Part shown: positions 18,530 to 27,442 of the stretch, piece after piece | How positions within the stretch are numbered: the first letter of the stretch is position 1 | Layout: every line of letters starts with the position of its first letter | Source of the DNA: a virus | Direction: 5' to 3' (one strand) | Virus record (IMG/VR): IMGVR_UViG_3300027747_001390 | Span: 1 to 64,000 of that record | Length of the DNA stretch: 64,000 nt | Notes under the pieces: model-generated | Told to the model about the DNA's origin: nothing | The model's input: only the letters and a program-made list of their open reading frames with translations | Database searches by the model: none | Program-made: the position numbers and the translations under genes

Positions 18530-19387
18530 ATGGCAGTAGTAGATTCTAGAGAGATGTATCGCGGCCGGAGTCGCCAGACGACCTACGGCGACGTGCCAAC
18601 GTACACTCGCATTTTTCTTGTGCGTGTCGACGACCCCAACACGGACCTTCAGGCTATATCCGAAGAGCCGGGCATCGACTGGCTGGACCCTCACCCGGAG
18701 GACGAGAACGCTCTGCTCGTTGACTCGAACATTCAGCAGGACGGCGACTCGCCGTTTCACTACAGGCTGACGTTCACATACAAGTCTGCAACAGACCTCG
18801 ACAAAGACCCGCTAAACCGTCCCGCTCAGTTTTCGTTCAGCGGGGGACTCGCGTCCGCGCCAGCGTTTTGGCACTTCCCCAACAGCAACGACAACAGCAC
18901 GAAGCGGATCATCATCAACACAGCCGGAGACCCGATCGGAGGGCTCGACCGAGACGAGGGTGAGTTCACGGTGTCGATCACGATCAACAAGGCTCCGCCG
19001 TTCAACTACGCGAAAGCGCAGGCGTATGTCGGTGCGATCAATTCTGACTCGTGGAGCGGCGGTGCCCCCAAGACGTGGAAGTGTATGTCCATCACGGGGA
19101 ACCGAAAAATCGAGGACGTCCAAGCTGAGCAGTATATCTACTGGGAGACAAGCACAACTCTCGCGTATCGAGGCACCGGCTGGGACTTGCAGACTTGGGA
19201 CGTCGGTTTCAATCAGATCGTCGGCGGGAAACGGAAAAAAATTATGGCTGGGTCTGAGCCTGTCAGTGAACCAGCCGCACTTAGCAACGGTCGAGAGAAG
19301 ACTCCGGGCCAGCCGCCTGATCTCCTGTCGTTTCGCGTCTATCCGATGCTGCCTTTCACCGATACTTTCCCGCCCCTGCCGTCGTGA
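18530..19387 (+). CDS. Distal tail / tail tip protein
   Basis: Directly after TMP; HP, NTAGDP, INSD motifs. Confidence 0.6.
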   Translation: MAVVDSREMYRGRSRQTTYGDVPTYTRIFLVRVDDPNTDLQAISEEPGIDWLDPHPEDENALLVDSNIQQDGDSPFHYRLTFTYKSATDLDKDPLNRPAQFSFSGGLASAPAFWHFPNSNDNSTKRIIINTAGDPIGGLDRDEGEFTVSITINKAPPFNYAKAQAYVGAINSDSWSGGAPKTWKCMSITGNRKIEDVQAEQYIYWETSTTLAYRGTGWDLQTWDVGFNQIVGGKRKKIMAGSEPVSEPAALSNGREKTPGQPPDLLSFRVYPMLPFTDTFPPLPS

Positions 19388-19395
19388 GGTGATGC

Positions 19396-20019
19396 ATGAG
19401 TTATGGACCGTCGAGGCAGGACCGTGGTGCTGGCAACTCTGGTGAGCAGCCGGTGCAGTTCAAGCTGGCTGACGCTCAGCGTATTGCGAACGTCGTCGGA
19501 ACGGTCGAGGGGGCGAGGAGAGATCGAAAGAACAGCTTCCTGTCGAGGGCCGTTGGACAGTCGTCGCATTACCTGAGCAAGACGACGGCTACGTGGACGA
19601 TTGGAACAAGCCAGACGTTGACTCTGTACGTTGGTGACCCCGGCAGCGAAGCGGCGTCGAGCGGCGATACTGTTGACGCGTGGAACAAGACCGGCGGCGA
19701 TATTGCCAGTGGCAAGTGGGTGCTGCTCGCTCGGGCTAACGGAAATTTTTACCTTGCCGAGCCGGAGGTAGTTGAGCAGGAAGTTTTGACCGGCGTAACG
19801 CTTGGCCCGTCTGGTCTAGTGTTTACGAAAGAAACGGTCTACGTCATCGGCAAGAAGTCGCCGTCGCCGTCTGACATAACGATCTCGCCGGTGGATGCCA
19901 GCGTGATAACGCACGTGTCGCTTGGAGCGGGTGGCCTTACCTTTACGAAGCGAGGCATTAAGGTGCTTGCCACCTCGACGGCATCGGAGGTAACTATCGG
20001 AACAACGACCTGCCCATAA
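19396..20019 (+). CDS. Tail-associated protein with an internal duplication
   Basis: VLTGVTLGPSGLVFTK / VITHVSLGAGGLTFTK. Confidence 0.6.
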   Translation: MSYGPSRQDRGAGNSGEQPVQFKLADAQRIANVVGTVEGARRDRKNSFLSRAVGQSSHYLSKTTATWTIGTSQTLTLYVGDPGSEAASSGDTVDAWNKTGGDIASGKWVLLARANGNFYLAEPEVVEQEVLTGVTLGPSGLVFTKETVYVIGKKSPSPSDITISPVDASVITHVSLGAGGLTFTKRGIKVLATSTASEVTIGTTTCP

Positions 20020-20435
20020 TGCCACTCGCAATAAAAAACGGCTTGTTGGTTCTGAAAAGTGGCCTTCTTGCGCAGAACTGCGCGTGCTGCGGAAAGCAGT
20101 GCGACTCCAATGTTAATTTTTATGAATGCGACGACATGGTGACTTATGAATTCTTGGATATGACGAACTATCCGGGAAACGTCGTAAAAGAGATTGTTGC
20201 AAGCCGCCAGTTGATTACCATCCCAGCAAGCTATTCTCTGCCAGTTACGGTAAAGTTTTGCGGTACTGCTGACGACGGATTCTTGATTGATGGTGCTTTG
20301 CTGGCAATGTTTGGAGTTAACCCGCCTGACCGTACATTGAACACAAGGACATTTACGATAAGTGTTTACAACGCTGGCGGGCCGATTGCCGGTAACTTGA
20401 AAATGTGCTTTGCTTCTGTGAACCCACTTCCGTGA
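20019..20435 (+). CDS. Cys-containing tail-associated protein, AT-richer than its flanks
   Basis: CACC motif; visibly lower GC. Confidence 0.55.
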   Translation: MPLAIKNGLLVLKSGLLAQNCACCGKQCDSNVNFYECDDMVTYEFLDMTNYPGNVVKEIVASRQLITIPASYSLPVTVKFCGTADDGFLIDGALLAMFGVNPPDRTLNTRTFTISVYNAGGPIAGNLKMCFASVNPLP

Positions 20436-20875
20436 TTACATGCCACCGCTCACACCTTGAAGCCCGTTGCACTGAGCGTGGCTACACGCTCAAAGAGGTG
20501 CTGCCGTGCGTTGTATCGCAAGACGGCGACGAGTGGACTATTGACGTTGAGCATCCGGCGTATCCGCGAGTTTCTCGGCTACCGGAGCCGCCAGCCACAC
20601 CAGCGAGCGGCCCCGGCACCGAGCTAAAGAAGCTCCTCGCCAAGGTCGGCATCACCGCCACGCCCGACTGCGCGTGCAACGATCGCGCCGCAGAGATGGA
20701 CCGCCGCGAGCAGGAGACGCCCGGCTGGTGCGAGGCCAACCTAGACACGATCGTCGGCTGGCTCCGCGAGCAGGCCGAGGCTCGCGGGCTGCCGTTCATT
20801 GATCTGGCGGGCAGGATGCTCGTGCGGCGGGCGATCAAGAATGCACGCAAGGAGGCGGGCAAATATTCTATCTGA
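20432..20875 (+). CDS. Cys-rich hypothetical protein
   Basis: GPGTELKKLL..GI...CAC...WC; GTGA overlap. Confidence 0.65.
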   Translation: MITCHRSHLEARCTERGYTLKEVLPCVVSQDGDEWTIDVEHPAYPRVSRLPEPPATPASGPGTELKKLLAKVGITATPDCACNDRAAEMDRREQETPGWCEANLDTIVGWLREQAEARGLPFIDLAGRMLVRRAIKNARKEAGKYSI

Positions 20876-20901
20876 GGCTGCGTTATTTTCGAGAAACTAT
20901 T

Positions 20902-21183
20902 TTGCAACCAAGCGACCACCACTTCCAAATAGACAACCAGAAATGGCTCTGGCGTTACTCACCGCTCAAGGGCCGGGCCGACGGCTGGACTGAGTTCGAC
21001 AAGAGAAAAGTGTTGATCCATTCGGAGCTACAGGGTAGAAAGAGGCTCGAAATCGAGCTACACGAAGGGCTTCACGCCAGCCTTGGCCCTACGATCTCGG
21101 AAGAGTCGGTCACGCAGACGGCTCGCGATCTTGCCAAGATTCTCTGGTCTCTCGGCTACAGGATTCAGGAGGAATCTAAGTGA
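20902..21183 (+). CDS. Small HExxH metallopeptidase-like protein
   Basis: IELHEGLHA...EESV. Confidence 0.6.
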   Translation: MQPSDHHFQIDNQKWLWRYSPLKGRADGWTEFDKRKVLIHSELQGRKRLEIELHEGLHASLGPTISEESVTQTARDLAKILWSLGYRIQEESK

Positions 21184-21770
21184 TCAACGAAAGTACGGAT
21201 ACTATTGCCAGCGACGACGATGACGATGAGATCGCCGACGATCTCGAAGCGTCGGTCGATATGGACTGTGCAAACCCGCTGCCGGGCGTGTTCTCTGTGA
21301 GCAGCGGCGTCATCGAGGCATGGAAGACCATGACCGAGACCTCGGCGGCGGTCTCAGAGCCAGACAACCCAAAAGACATCGTCGGCACCGACAAGCTCCC
21401 GTTGCACCTCTGGCCGACTACGGCCACGGCAATGGGCTCTATCGCTCTCCTGAACGGTGCGTTGAAGTACGGCAGATCGAACTGGCGGCACACCGGAGTC
21501 CGCTCCAGCGTCTACGTGGACGCGTGCCAGCGGCATCTGGCGGCGTGGTTCGAGGGTGAGGAGTCGGACGAGGAGGGAGTGCCTCATCTGTCTGCGGCTC
21601 TCGCCTGTCTCGCGATCATCGTCGACTGCCAAGCGGCCGGGAAGCTAAAGGACGATAGGCAGTTCCCCGGCGGTCATCGGAAGTTGATCGACTCGCTCAC
21701 GCCGCACGTGAAACGGCTGCGAGAGTTGCACGCCGACAAGTCTCCGACGCACTATGACGCCAGAACTTGA
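21180..21770 (+). CDS. dATP/dGTP diphosphohydrolase domain protein (DUF5664-like)
   Basis: NPKD..G..KLPL..GALKYG..NWR..RHL..W..GE..D...PHL. Confidence 0.8.
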   Translation: MINESTDTIASDDDDDEIADDLEASVDMDCANPLPGVFSVSSGVIEAWKTMTETSAAVSEPDNPKDIVGTDKLPLHLWPTTATAMGSIALLNGALKYGRSNWRHTGVRSSVYVDACQRHLAAWFEGEESDEEGVPHLSAALACLAIIVDCQAAGKLKDDRQFPGGHRKLIDSLTPHVKRLRELHADKSPTHYDART

Positions 21771-22239
21771 CATCCTGAAGCAGGCCTGCCACATCGCCAG
21801 ACAGGAGTCTCACGATCCCCGCACGCACGTCGGTGCGATTCTTGTGTCTCGTCGTGGCATCCCGGTCTACGCTGCGAACCAACTCCCGCCGGGAGTGTTT
21901 CGCACGCTCTCCAGACTGGAGCCGCCACGCAAATACAAGTACATGGAACACGCTGAGAGAGCCGCGATCTACGCGGCTGCGGCGGCTGGTATCTGCACTC
22001 ACGGAGCGATTCTTTACGCCCCGTGGTTCTCGTGTGCAGACTGTGCTAGAGGCATCATCTGCGCCGGAATCAAAGAGGTCGTCGGTCTCGCATCGCTTCG
22101 AGCGGCAACGCCTGAGAGGTGGGAACGCGATATCGCGATGGCGGAGCAGATGATGAACGAGGCCGGGATCGCCACGAGGTGGCTCGCTGGCACCGTTGGT
22201 GAAACCATCCGGTTCGACGATCGAGACATCTCAGTCTAA
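21754..22239 (+). CDS. dCMP deaminase-family protein
   Basis: DP..VGA, HAE, CADCARGII.AGI. Confidence 0.85.
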   Translation: MTPELDILKQACHIARQESHDPRTHVGAILVSRRGIPVYAANQLPPGVFRTLSRLEPPRKYKYMEHAERAAIYAAAAAGICTHGAILYAPWFSCADCARGIICAGIKEVVGLASLRAATPERWERDIAMAEQMMNEAGIATRWLAGTVGETIRFDDRDISV

Positions 22240-22241
22240 GT

Positions 22242-22299
22242 CCTGCCGAGGGAGGGCGGCGTGACGCCCAGCCTACCCCGTCACGCCGCCCCCGGCAGG
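22242..22299. terminator. GC-rich hairpin between convergent genes (terminator or att-associated)
   Basis: GGGCGGCGTGACG / CGTCACGCCGCCC stem with flanking CCTGCCG/CGGCAGG. Confidence 0.55.
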
Positions 22300-22305
22300 C
22301 ACTTC

Positions 22306-23178
22306 TCAGCCGATCTTCGGAAGCACGTCACAGGGCTTCGGCCCCGTTTCAATGAAACGCAAATCGATGTAGGCCTTTGTGACACGTGGCGAACTGTGAT
22401 CAAGCAACGCCGTAGGGTCGCCTCCTCCAGCAAGGAAGTGAGTCGCTGAACTTCTGCGGATCATGTGAAATTTAGTCTTGCGTCCGCCGTCTAGGCCAGC
22501 ACGCTTGACGATCCTTCCAAACGAATGCCAGAGCAAGGTCTTGACCTTGTCCCACGAGAAGATCGCCTGCGACGGCTTCTTACCCCGACACACCTGTTCG
22601 ACAAGGTGCTGGGTCTCAAGTGACAGGCTGTAAAGCTTGTCACGCTTGCCGCCCTTCCTGTGTTCAGCACGGACGAGCAGTTGTCCCTGCTGATAGTCGA
22701 GGACTTGAACCCCCATTATCGCGCCGATGCGTTCCGCCGACTCCCAGAGAACACTCACAAGTGCCCTAAAATAGAGACTCGTCGGAACCCCATCAACAGT
22801 GCCGACTTCCTTGTCAGTCGCACGAATCAAAGATCGAATCTGATCGATCGTCCACGCCGTCGGAATTCTTTCCGGCAGCGTTGCAGGCGGCACGCACGGT
22901 CGTGTCTTGACTAGACCTCGATCGTGAGCGAAGCGAGCCAGACTCAAAAGTTGAGTTCGTTCCTTCTCTGCCGTAAACGCGCTCCTCTCGCTTGCTCGCT
23001 TCGTCAAAAAACGAGCGAGTGAGAGATCGTCGAGGTCAGCCAACGTCGGCTGACGCTGGAGAAACTTAGCAAGCGATCGAAGAGTGCAGTGGTAGAGGCG
23101 AACGGTGTTCTCGCTTTTCCCACGCAGTTTCAGCGGAGCGTAAATCGTCTCGAAAAACTCAACCAGCGTCATCGTCAT
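22306..23178 (-). CDS. int: Tyrosine recombinase / integrase
   Basis: Catalytic R (AERIG), K, HxxR (FHMIRR), H (LDHS), Y (TKAY); GGAGG RBS before ATG at 23178. Confidence 0.9.
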   Translation of the reverse strand: MTMTLVEFFETIYAPLKLRGKSENTVRLYHCTLRSLAKFLQRQPTLADLDDLSLARFLTKRASERSAFTAEKERTQLLSLARFAHDRGLVKTRPCVPPATLPERIPTAWTIDQIRSLIRATDKEVGTVDGVPTSLYFRALVSVLWESAERIGAIMGVQVLDYQQGQLLVRAEHRKGGKRDKLYSLSLETQHLVEQVCRGKKPSQAIFSWDKVKTLLWHSFGRIVKRAGLDGGRKTKFHMIRRSSATHFLAGGGDPTALLDHSSPRVTKAYIDLRFIETGPKPCDVLPKIG

Positions 23179-23201
23179 GGTGGTGTGTCCTCCTTCATTT
23201 G

Positions 23202-23245
23202 CCACCAGATCGAGGTAGCTCACCACGAGTACCTCGATCTGGTGG
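23202..23245. repeat. Perfect 16-bp inverted repeat upstream of the integrase
   Basis: CCACCAGATCGAGGTA-N12-TACCTCGATCTGGTGG. Confidence 0.85.
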
Positions 23246-23321
23246 GCAGAGTACACATCCGTGCAAAAAAGTTGACCCCCATGAGTACCTTACTTGGGGG
23301 GCAAGACTCGCCTCGTGCGCG

Positions 23322-23561
23322 TCACAGTTCGGATAGTCGGCAAGATTTCCCATTTCCAAACAGGTCCGCCAGACCGTCGGCCAAGACCTCAGCCGCCTTG
23401 CGGCGAGTCTTCACACGACCCGCAAAAATGTCGTCGATGAGCCAGACGACAATCTGGTCGACGATCACGTCGGCCTTCTTGTCGACTCCTCGATAAAACC
23501 TCTCGCGGACGGCTCTGCGGATCGACTGCACAGACTTGGGGGCTACTTCCTTGGTTGCCAT
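23322..23561 (-). CDS. 79-aa hypothetical protein in the lysogeny module
   Basis: GGAGG RBS before MATKEVAPK; co-oriented with the integrase. Confidence 0.6.
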   Translation of the reverse strand: MATKEVAPKSVQSIRRAVRERFYRGVDKKADVIVDQIVVWLIDDIFAGRVKTRRKAAEVLADGLADLFGNGKSCRLSEL

Positions 23562-23654
23562 GTCTTCATCCTCCGTGGTGCCTACCTTCAGCCTTCCGGA
23601 ACACCCTTCAGGCCCACCATCAGAATCCTGTCCCCGCCATTTTTTTTCAAGTCC

Positions 23655-23688
23655 ACAGCGGGTTTCACGGTGAAACCCGCTGTTTTTT
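23655..23688. promoter_or_regulatory. 14-bp-arm palindrome plus T run between divergent genes (operator or terminator)
   Basis: ACAGCGGGTTTCAC-G-GTGAAACCCGCTGT followed by TTTTT. Confidence 0.6.
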
Positions 23689-23720
23689 GAGTGGTTTGTA
23701 CGGAAGCAAGGAGGACTCTG

Positions 23721-24191
23721 ATGTATTTCAGGCCAATTTCGATCGAAGAGGCAGCAAAGGCGACGGGGCTGACCAAGTCGGGCGTCGTGAAGGCGATCAA
23801 CTCGAAGAGACTTGTGGCGGTGCCGCTCAGCGGCAGGGGGCTGATGCTCTGTCTGGAGCAGTGCAAAGGCCAGTCGTTCGACGCGGCTGAGTTCCGGAAA
23901 CTTTGCAAGAGGTGGATTTGCGTCCCCGAGGCCTGCGACATTGTCTGCAAGACAGACGCTTCGGTGATGCGAGACCTGAGAAGCGGAAAGATTAAGGGTT
24001 TCAGGCTGAACGGCAGGGCTTGGGCGGTCGAGAAGGCCTCGGCAGAGGAGGAGTTTCGCGACTACCTCGCGAACCCCGGCCGTCGGGGACAGCCACGGCA
24101 GATCGGCACGAGCCGGTCGCCGCGTGTGATCCGGAAAAAATCCTTGCACGCCAAGAAGTCGAAGGTACGATCACGCCCCGGCAGCAAGTGA
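23721..24191 (+). CDS. Tandem excisionase-like HTH DNA-binding protein
   Basis: ISIEEAAKATG..V.KAI..RL and ICVPEACDIV...LRSGKIKGFR...W; AAGGAGG RBS. Confidence 0.7.
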   Translation: MYFRPISIEEAAKATGLTKSGVVKAINSKRLVAVPLSGRGLMLCLEQCKGQSFDAAEFRKLCKRWICVPEACDIVCKTDASVMRDLRSGKIKGFRLNGRAWAVEKASAEEEFRDYLANPGRRGQPRQIGTSRSPRVIRKKSLHAKKSKVRSRPGSK

Positions 24192-24230
24192 TTGCTGCCT
24201 CCTCCTGCTCGCCATAGTACGGATACGCTG

Positions 24231-24467
24231 ATGAGCAACGTCGATCACCCGGACCACTACCAGTCCGATCAGTTCGAGTGCATCGACGTCATCGAGTCTC
24301 TTGGGCTTGGCTCAGGGTTCTCAATTGGGAACGCGATCAAGTACCTATGGCGAGCGGGGAGGAAGGGCAACGACATCGAAGACTTGGAGAAAGCACGATG
24401 GTATCTGGACCGGGAGATCGAACGAAGAAAGAGATGCTCGACTTCGCAGTCGCCGCCACCGTCGTGA
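24231..24467 (+). CDS. DUF3310 family protein (T7 gp1.7-like)
   Basis: VDHPDHY...ECID...GNAIKYLWRAGRK...EDLEKARWYL. Confidence 0.85.
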   Translation: MSNVDHPDHYQSDQFECIDVIESLGLGSGFSIGNAIKYLWRAGRKGNDIEDLEKARWYLDREIERRKRCSTSQSPPPS

Positions 24468-24643
24468 TCGCGTGCTTCGCTCTGGAGACGTTCTTGTTCA
24501 GTATCGGATGGAACCTCGCATTGCCGTCGATCTTCAACATGAAGCAGATCACGATCGCCGAGTCTCTGGGGCTGGTCATTTTCTTGAAGATTGCCGGGCT
24601 TCAGTTTTTCCCAGTCGGTGCGTTGAAGAGAGCGATCAAATGA
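24434..24643 (+). CDS. Small membrane protein
   Basis: Two hydrophobic segments. Confidence 0.55.
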   Translation: MLDFAVAATVVIACFALETFLFSIGWNLALPSIFNMKQITIAESLGLVIFLKIAGLQFFPVGALKRAIK

Positions 24644-24834
24644 AGCCACGTGCGTTCCATTCTGACCTGTTCGTCGTGCGTGCCGAGTGCGTCGTCTCTG
24701 AGGACGGCGAGCGAACGGTCGACACGTCGATCGACCTATTCGACGACGCGACGACGGCGGACGATCTCAAGCGATACGGTCAGTGGTTAATCAAAGCGAG
24801 CAAATGGCTCAAGGAGAAGAAATGCGATGATTGA
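24640..24834 (+). CDS. Hypothetical protein
   Basis: ATGA-coupled. Confidence 0.55.
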   Translation: MKPRAFHSDLFVVRAECVVSEDGERTVDTSIDLFDDATTADDLKRYGQWLIKASKWLKEKKCDD

Positions 24835-25030
24835 CTGGCTATTCAATCGTCACGAGGTTCGAGAGCTTCGTGCTGAAGTTCAGCGTCGTCGTGCCTCGTA
24901 TGTCGAACGCGAGACTCGCATTCACATGCTGACGAAAGAGAATCAACAGCAAAGAGTCCTCATCGAAGCCTTGCGGGACGTGAACAAGTCTCTCGATGAG
25001 CGACTGATCGCAATGGAGCGAGACAAGTGA
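24827..25030 (+). CDS. Coiled-coil hypothetical protein
   Basis: AAGGAG RBS; operon context. Confidence 0.6.
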   Translation: MIDWLFNRHEVRELRAEVQRRRASYVERETRIHMLTKENQQQRVLIEALRDVNKSLDERLIAMERDK

Positions 25031-25386
25031 GCCCCGAACTCGAAGAGAAGCTGTACAGCGACTTTCCTGCCTTGTTTGCGAATCGCGAGCATCGTCACAG
25101 CCCGATGATCTTCGGCTGCGAACACGGCGACGGCTGGCACGCGATCCTCCGCGATGTGTGCGAGAAGATCGACGCACACAAGTGCGAGTCGCCGTTTCTC
25201 TTCGTTCAGATCAAGGAGAAGTGGGGCGCACTCCGCGTGTATTACTCTGGCGGCGACGAATACACGTCTCGCGTGATAAAAAAAGCAGAGACCAAGAGTG
25301 CCAAGACGTGCGAGGGTTGCGGCCAGCCGGGTACGGCAAGCAAGAGCGGATGGATTACGACTCTCTGTGAGGGGTGCCGCAAGTGA
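25027..25386 (+). CDS. Conserved phage protein with a C-terminal Zn ribbon
   Basis: GDGW...QIKEKWGALRVY...CEGCG...TLC. Confidence 0.75.
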   Translation: MSPELEEKLYSDFPALFANREHRHSPMIFGCEHGDGWHAILRDVCEKIDAHKCESPFLFVQIKEKWGALRVYYSGGDEYTSRVIKKAETKSAKTCEGCGQPGTASKSGWITTLCEGCRK

Positions 25387-25613
25387 CGCTCCCCTACGAA
25401 CGCACTCGTGCCGTCATCAACGCGAGAGAGTTTCTCTTCCGTCTGTCGACGCCGTACATCGAGAACGGCATCAAGAGAGTCCCGACGGCGGTCCGTGACG
25501 AGGCAAGGCGACTCTTGCGGCACTATCCAAACGTCGTCGATCTAAAACACGCGGGGGCGTCGTTCTCTGCCGACGAGGCTGACAAGATCATGGAGGAACG
25601 CTATGGATCGTAG
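25383..25613 (+). CDS. BPSL0761-like small protein
   Basis: TLPYERTRAV...VR.EARRLLRHYP. Confidence 0.65.
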   Translation: MTLPYERTRAVINAREFLFRLSTPYIENGIKRVPTAVRDEARRLLRHYPNVVDLKHAGASFSADEADKIMEERYGS

Positions 25614-25956
25614 AGGCTTTCTTGGTTCGTTGATGGCGGTGACGACGGCGATCTCCTCTGGCGTGAAGCTGCCGACGGGTGCCGAGGTCGCGACTGGCAA
25701 GGCACTGCCGAAGTCACTCGCTGTTCAGAACGATCTGCTCGCGATACTCAATGAGTGTCACGTCATCTCGATTTTGTGTCATCAGACCTACGACGGCCCG
25801 ATGCACTACGAGGTCGAGTACGTTCACGCCCCCGGCGGCAAGAAGGGTGAAGACACTCTGATGGTTGAGACATACACAAAGAAGCTGCGTCCAGTTGACG
25901 TGAGCTACGCGATGACTGCGAGCGAGCTTATGCGGGTCACGGTGACGTGGGCATGA
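25603..25956 (+). CDS. Hypothetical protein with a twin-arginine-like N-terminus
   Basis: MDRRGFLG; GGAGG RBS. Confidence 0.6.
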   Translation: MDRRGFLGSLMAVTTAISSGVKLPTGAEVATGKALPKSLAVQNDLLAILNECHVISILCHQTYDGPMHYEVEYVHAPGGKKGEDTLMVETYTKKLRPVDVSYAMTASELMRVTVTWA

Positions 25957-26207
25957 AACGTCTCGCCACCGTCGTCGGATTCGTCCTTCTATGCCTCGGC
26001 GTATGCTTGGTGGCGTGGCCCGCCCCGCTGTTCACGCTCAATCAGCCGTACCTAGACTGGTATGTCATTAACGTACTCTCGTGCCCGATCGACAAAGACT
26101 TGAGTGCCGGTGCTGGATTGCCGCTCGTATGGATGTTTCTGTCCATGCCCGTCGGCTTGCTTTGCTTTTGCGTCGGCGTCCCGTTGTTTCACTGGGGTAA
26201 GTCATGA
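25953..26207 (+). CDS. Small membrane protein
   Basis: Two hydrophobic helices. Confidence 0.55.
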   Translation: MKRLATVVGFVLLCLGVCLVAWPAPLFTLNQPYLDWYVINVLSCPIDKDLSAGAGLPLVWMFLSMPVGLLCFCVGVPLFHWGKS

Positions 26208-26413
26208 CCACTCGCGACCCACTTACCTCGTACACGTTTGCGTTCATGCTGATCACAGTCGGATTCTGTGTCGTTGCGGCACTGAGTGACATCAACAAGT
26301 CACTTCGGGAAGTAGCAAGCGAGATTCGGCTACAGACGACTCAGCAAACTTGGCTCGTCGAGCATTACTCGAAACCAGTGCGGCCGATCCTACCGTGGAA
26401 GGACGATAAGTGA
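26204..26413 (+). CDS. Small membrane-anchored protein
   Basis: One hydrophobic helix; coupled. Confidence 0.55.
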   Translation: MTTRDPLTSYTFAFMLITVGFCVVAALSDINKSLREVASEIRLQTTQQTWLVEHYSKPVRPILPWKDDK

Positions 26414-26766
26414 ACGACTTCGAGCAACTCAAGAAGCTTGCAGAGCAACAGGCCGCGAGCCGACGGGCCTACGAGGGCGACATTGTCTCTCGCCTGAAGA
26501 ACTGGCGTGGCCTCCACCTCGCCCACGGCGGCGATCTGTTCGCGGAGGCGGCAGTCGAGATCGACCGCCTCCACGAAGCAGTCCGCCGACTCGCAGATCA
26601 GGACGCCACGCTCTCTGTGCAGGGCGGCAGCGTGACGGTGACGATGGACGCCACGCTCACCGACGAGGAGCGGGCGGCGATCAACGCTGCCAGCAAACTG
26701 CTTGCCATGGACGGCTACCAGACGATCGCCGCCACGCTCCGCTCGCTGCTGGAGCGACTGAAATGA
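26410..26766 (+). CDS. Hypothetical protein
   Basis: DIVSRL...EAAVEIDRL; LTDEERAAI. Confidence 0.65.
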   Translation: MNDFEQLKKLAEQQAASRRAYEGDIVSRLKNWRGLHLAHGGDLFAEAAVEIDRLHEAVRRLADQDATLSVQGGSVTVTMDATLTDEERAAINAASKLLAMDGYQTIAATLRSLLERLK

Positions 26767-26785
26767 ATCGTGGCGTGTGCCATAG

Positions 26786-27442
26786 ATGTGCGGGCCGATG
26801 GGCGCGGTGCTGGTGGTGCCAAGCCGCCACGCTACTGGAGCGACTCGCTTGAACGCCGACATCCCAACGCTTCGATGCTGGGTAAGACTGCCTTACATCG
26901 CCGACTCAAGCGGCGTCGAGGAGGCCTATGCGTTCGCGATTCAAAGCATCGGCGGACGTGCCCTTGGATTTCACTGCATGATGATCAGCGGTGCCCACTA
27001 TCGCGGTGTGCCGATCCACGCTATCGCCCTGCGTCCTGACGCCGTCGAGACCACTTTGGGCGATTGCCAGTTGTGGGACTGCTTCTCTGCTCGTCCGGTT
27101 GTTCATGTGTTTGACTACCTTCGCGGCCACAGGTGCATCGCATACACTCGAAGCGGTTCGCAGAACGGACGGTATCTATTCACGGCAGACTGGCTTCCCG
27201 AGACTCAAGAGCGTCCGGGGTTCACGCTGACTCCTGAGCAGAACAAGTGTGCGCACGTGATCGCGTTGGACAACGGCAATCTCTGTGCGTTGCCCACAAA
27301 CCGCATCGCGTGGACGGACGCCTACTTCGTTGGTGGCAGGCCAAACCCACGGAGTCGCGGCTATCGAGTCCAGTCTGAGGTGTATCGGTGCGAAGGCGGC
27401 GACTGGGACGTGTCGAAAGACGAGAGGTATATGTATGAGTGA
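26786..27442 (+). CDS. Conserved phage hypothetical protein (true start possibly near 26849)
   Basis: LNADIP...GRAL.FH...QLWDCFS...HVIALDNGN..A.P.NRI. Confidence 0.7.
   Translation: MCGPMGAVLVVPSRHATGATRLNADIPTLRCWVRLPYIADSSGVEEAYAFAIQSIGGRALGFHCMMISGAHYRGVPIHAIALRPDAVETTLGDCQLWDCFSARPVVHVFDYLRGHRCIAYTRSGSQNGRYLFTADWLPETQERPGFTLTPEQNKCAHVIALDNGNLCALPTNRIAWTDAYFVGGRPNPRSRGYRVQSEVYRCEGGDWDVSKDERYMYE

Noticed and set aside
21180-21770. 2-aminoadenine (Z-genome) pathway
   Set aside because: No PurZ or dedicated polymerase recognisable in the window
23322-24149. 275-aa minus-strand ORF as called in the track
   Set aside because: Its 5' part overlaps the HTH gene and the palindrome; only the last 79 codons have an SD-supported start
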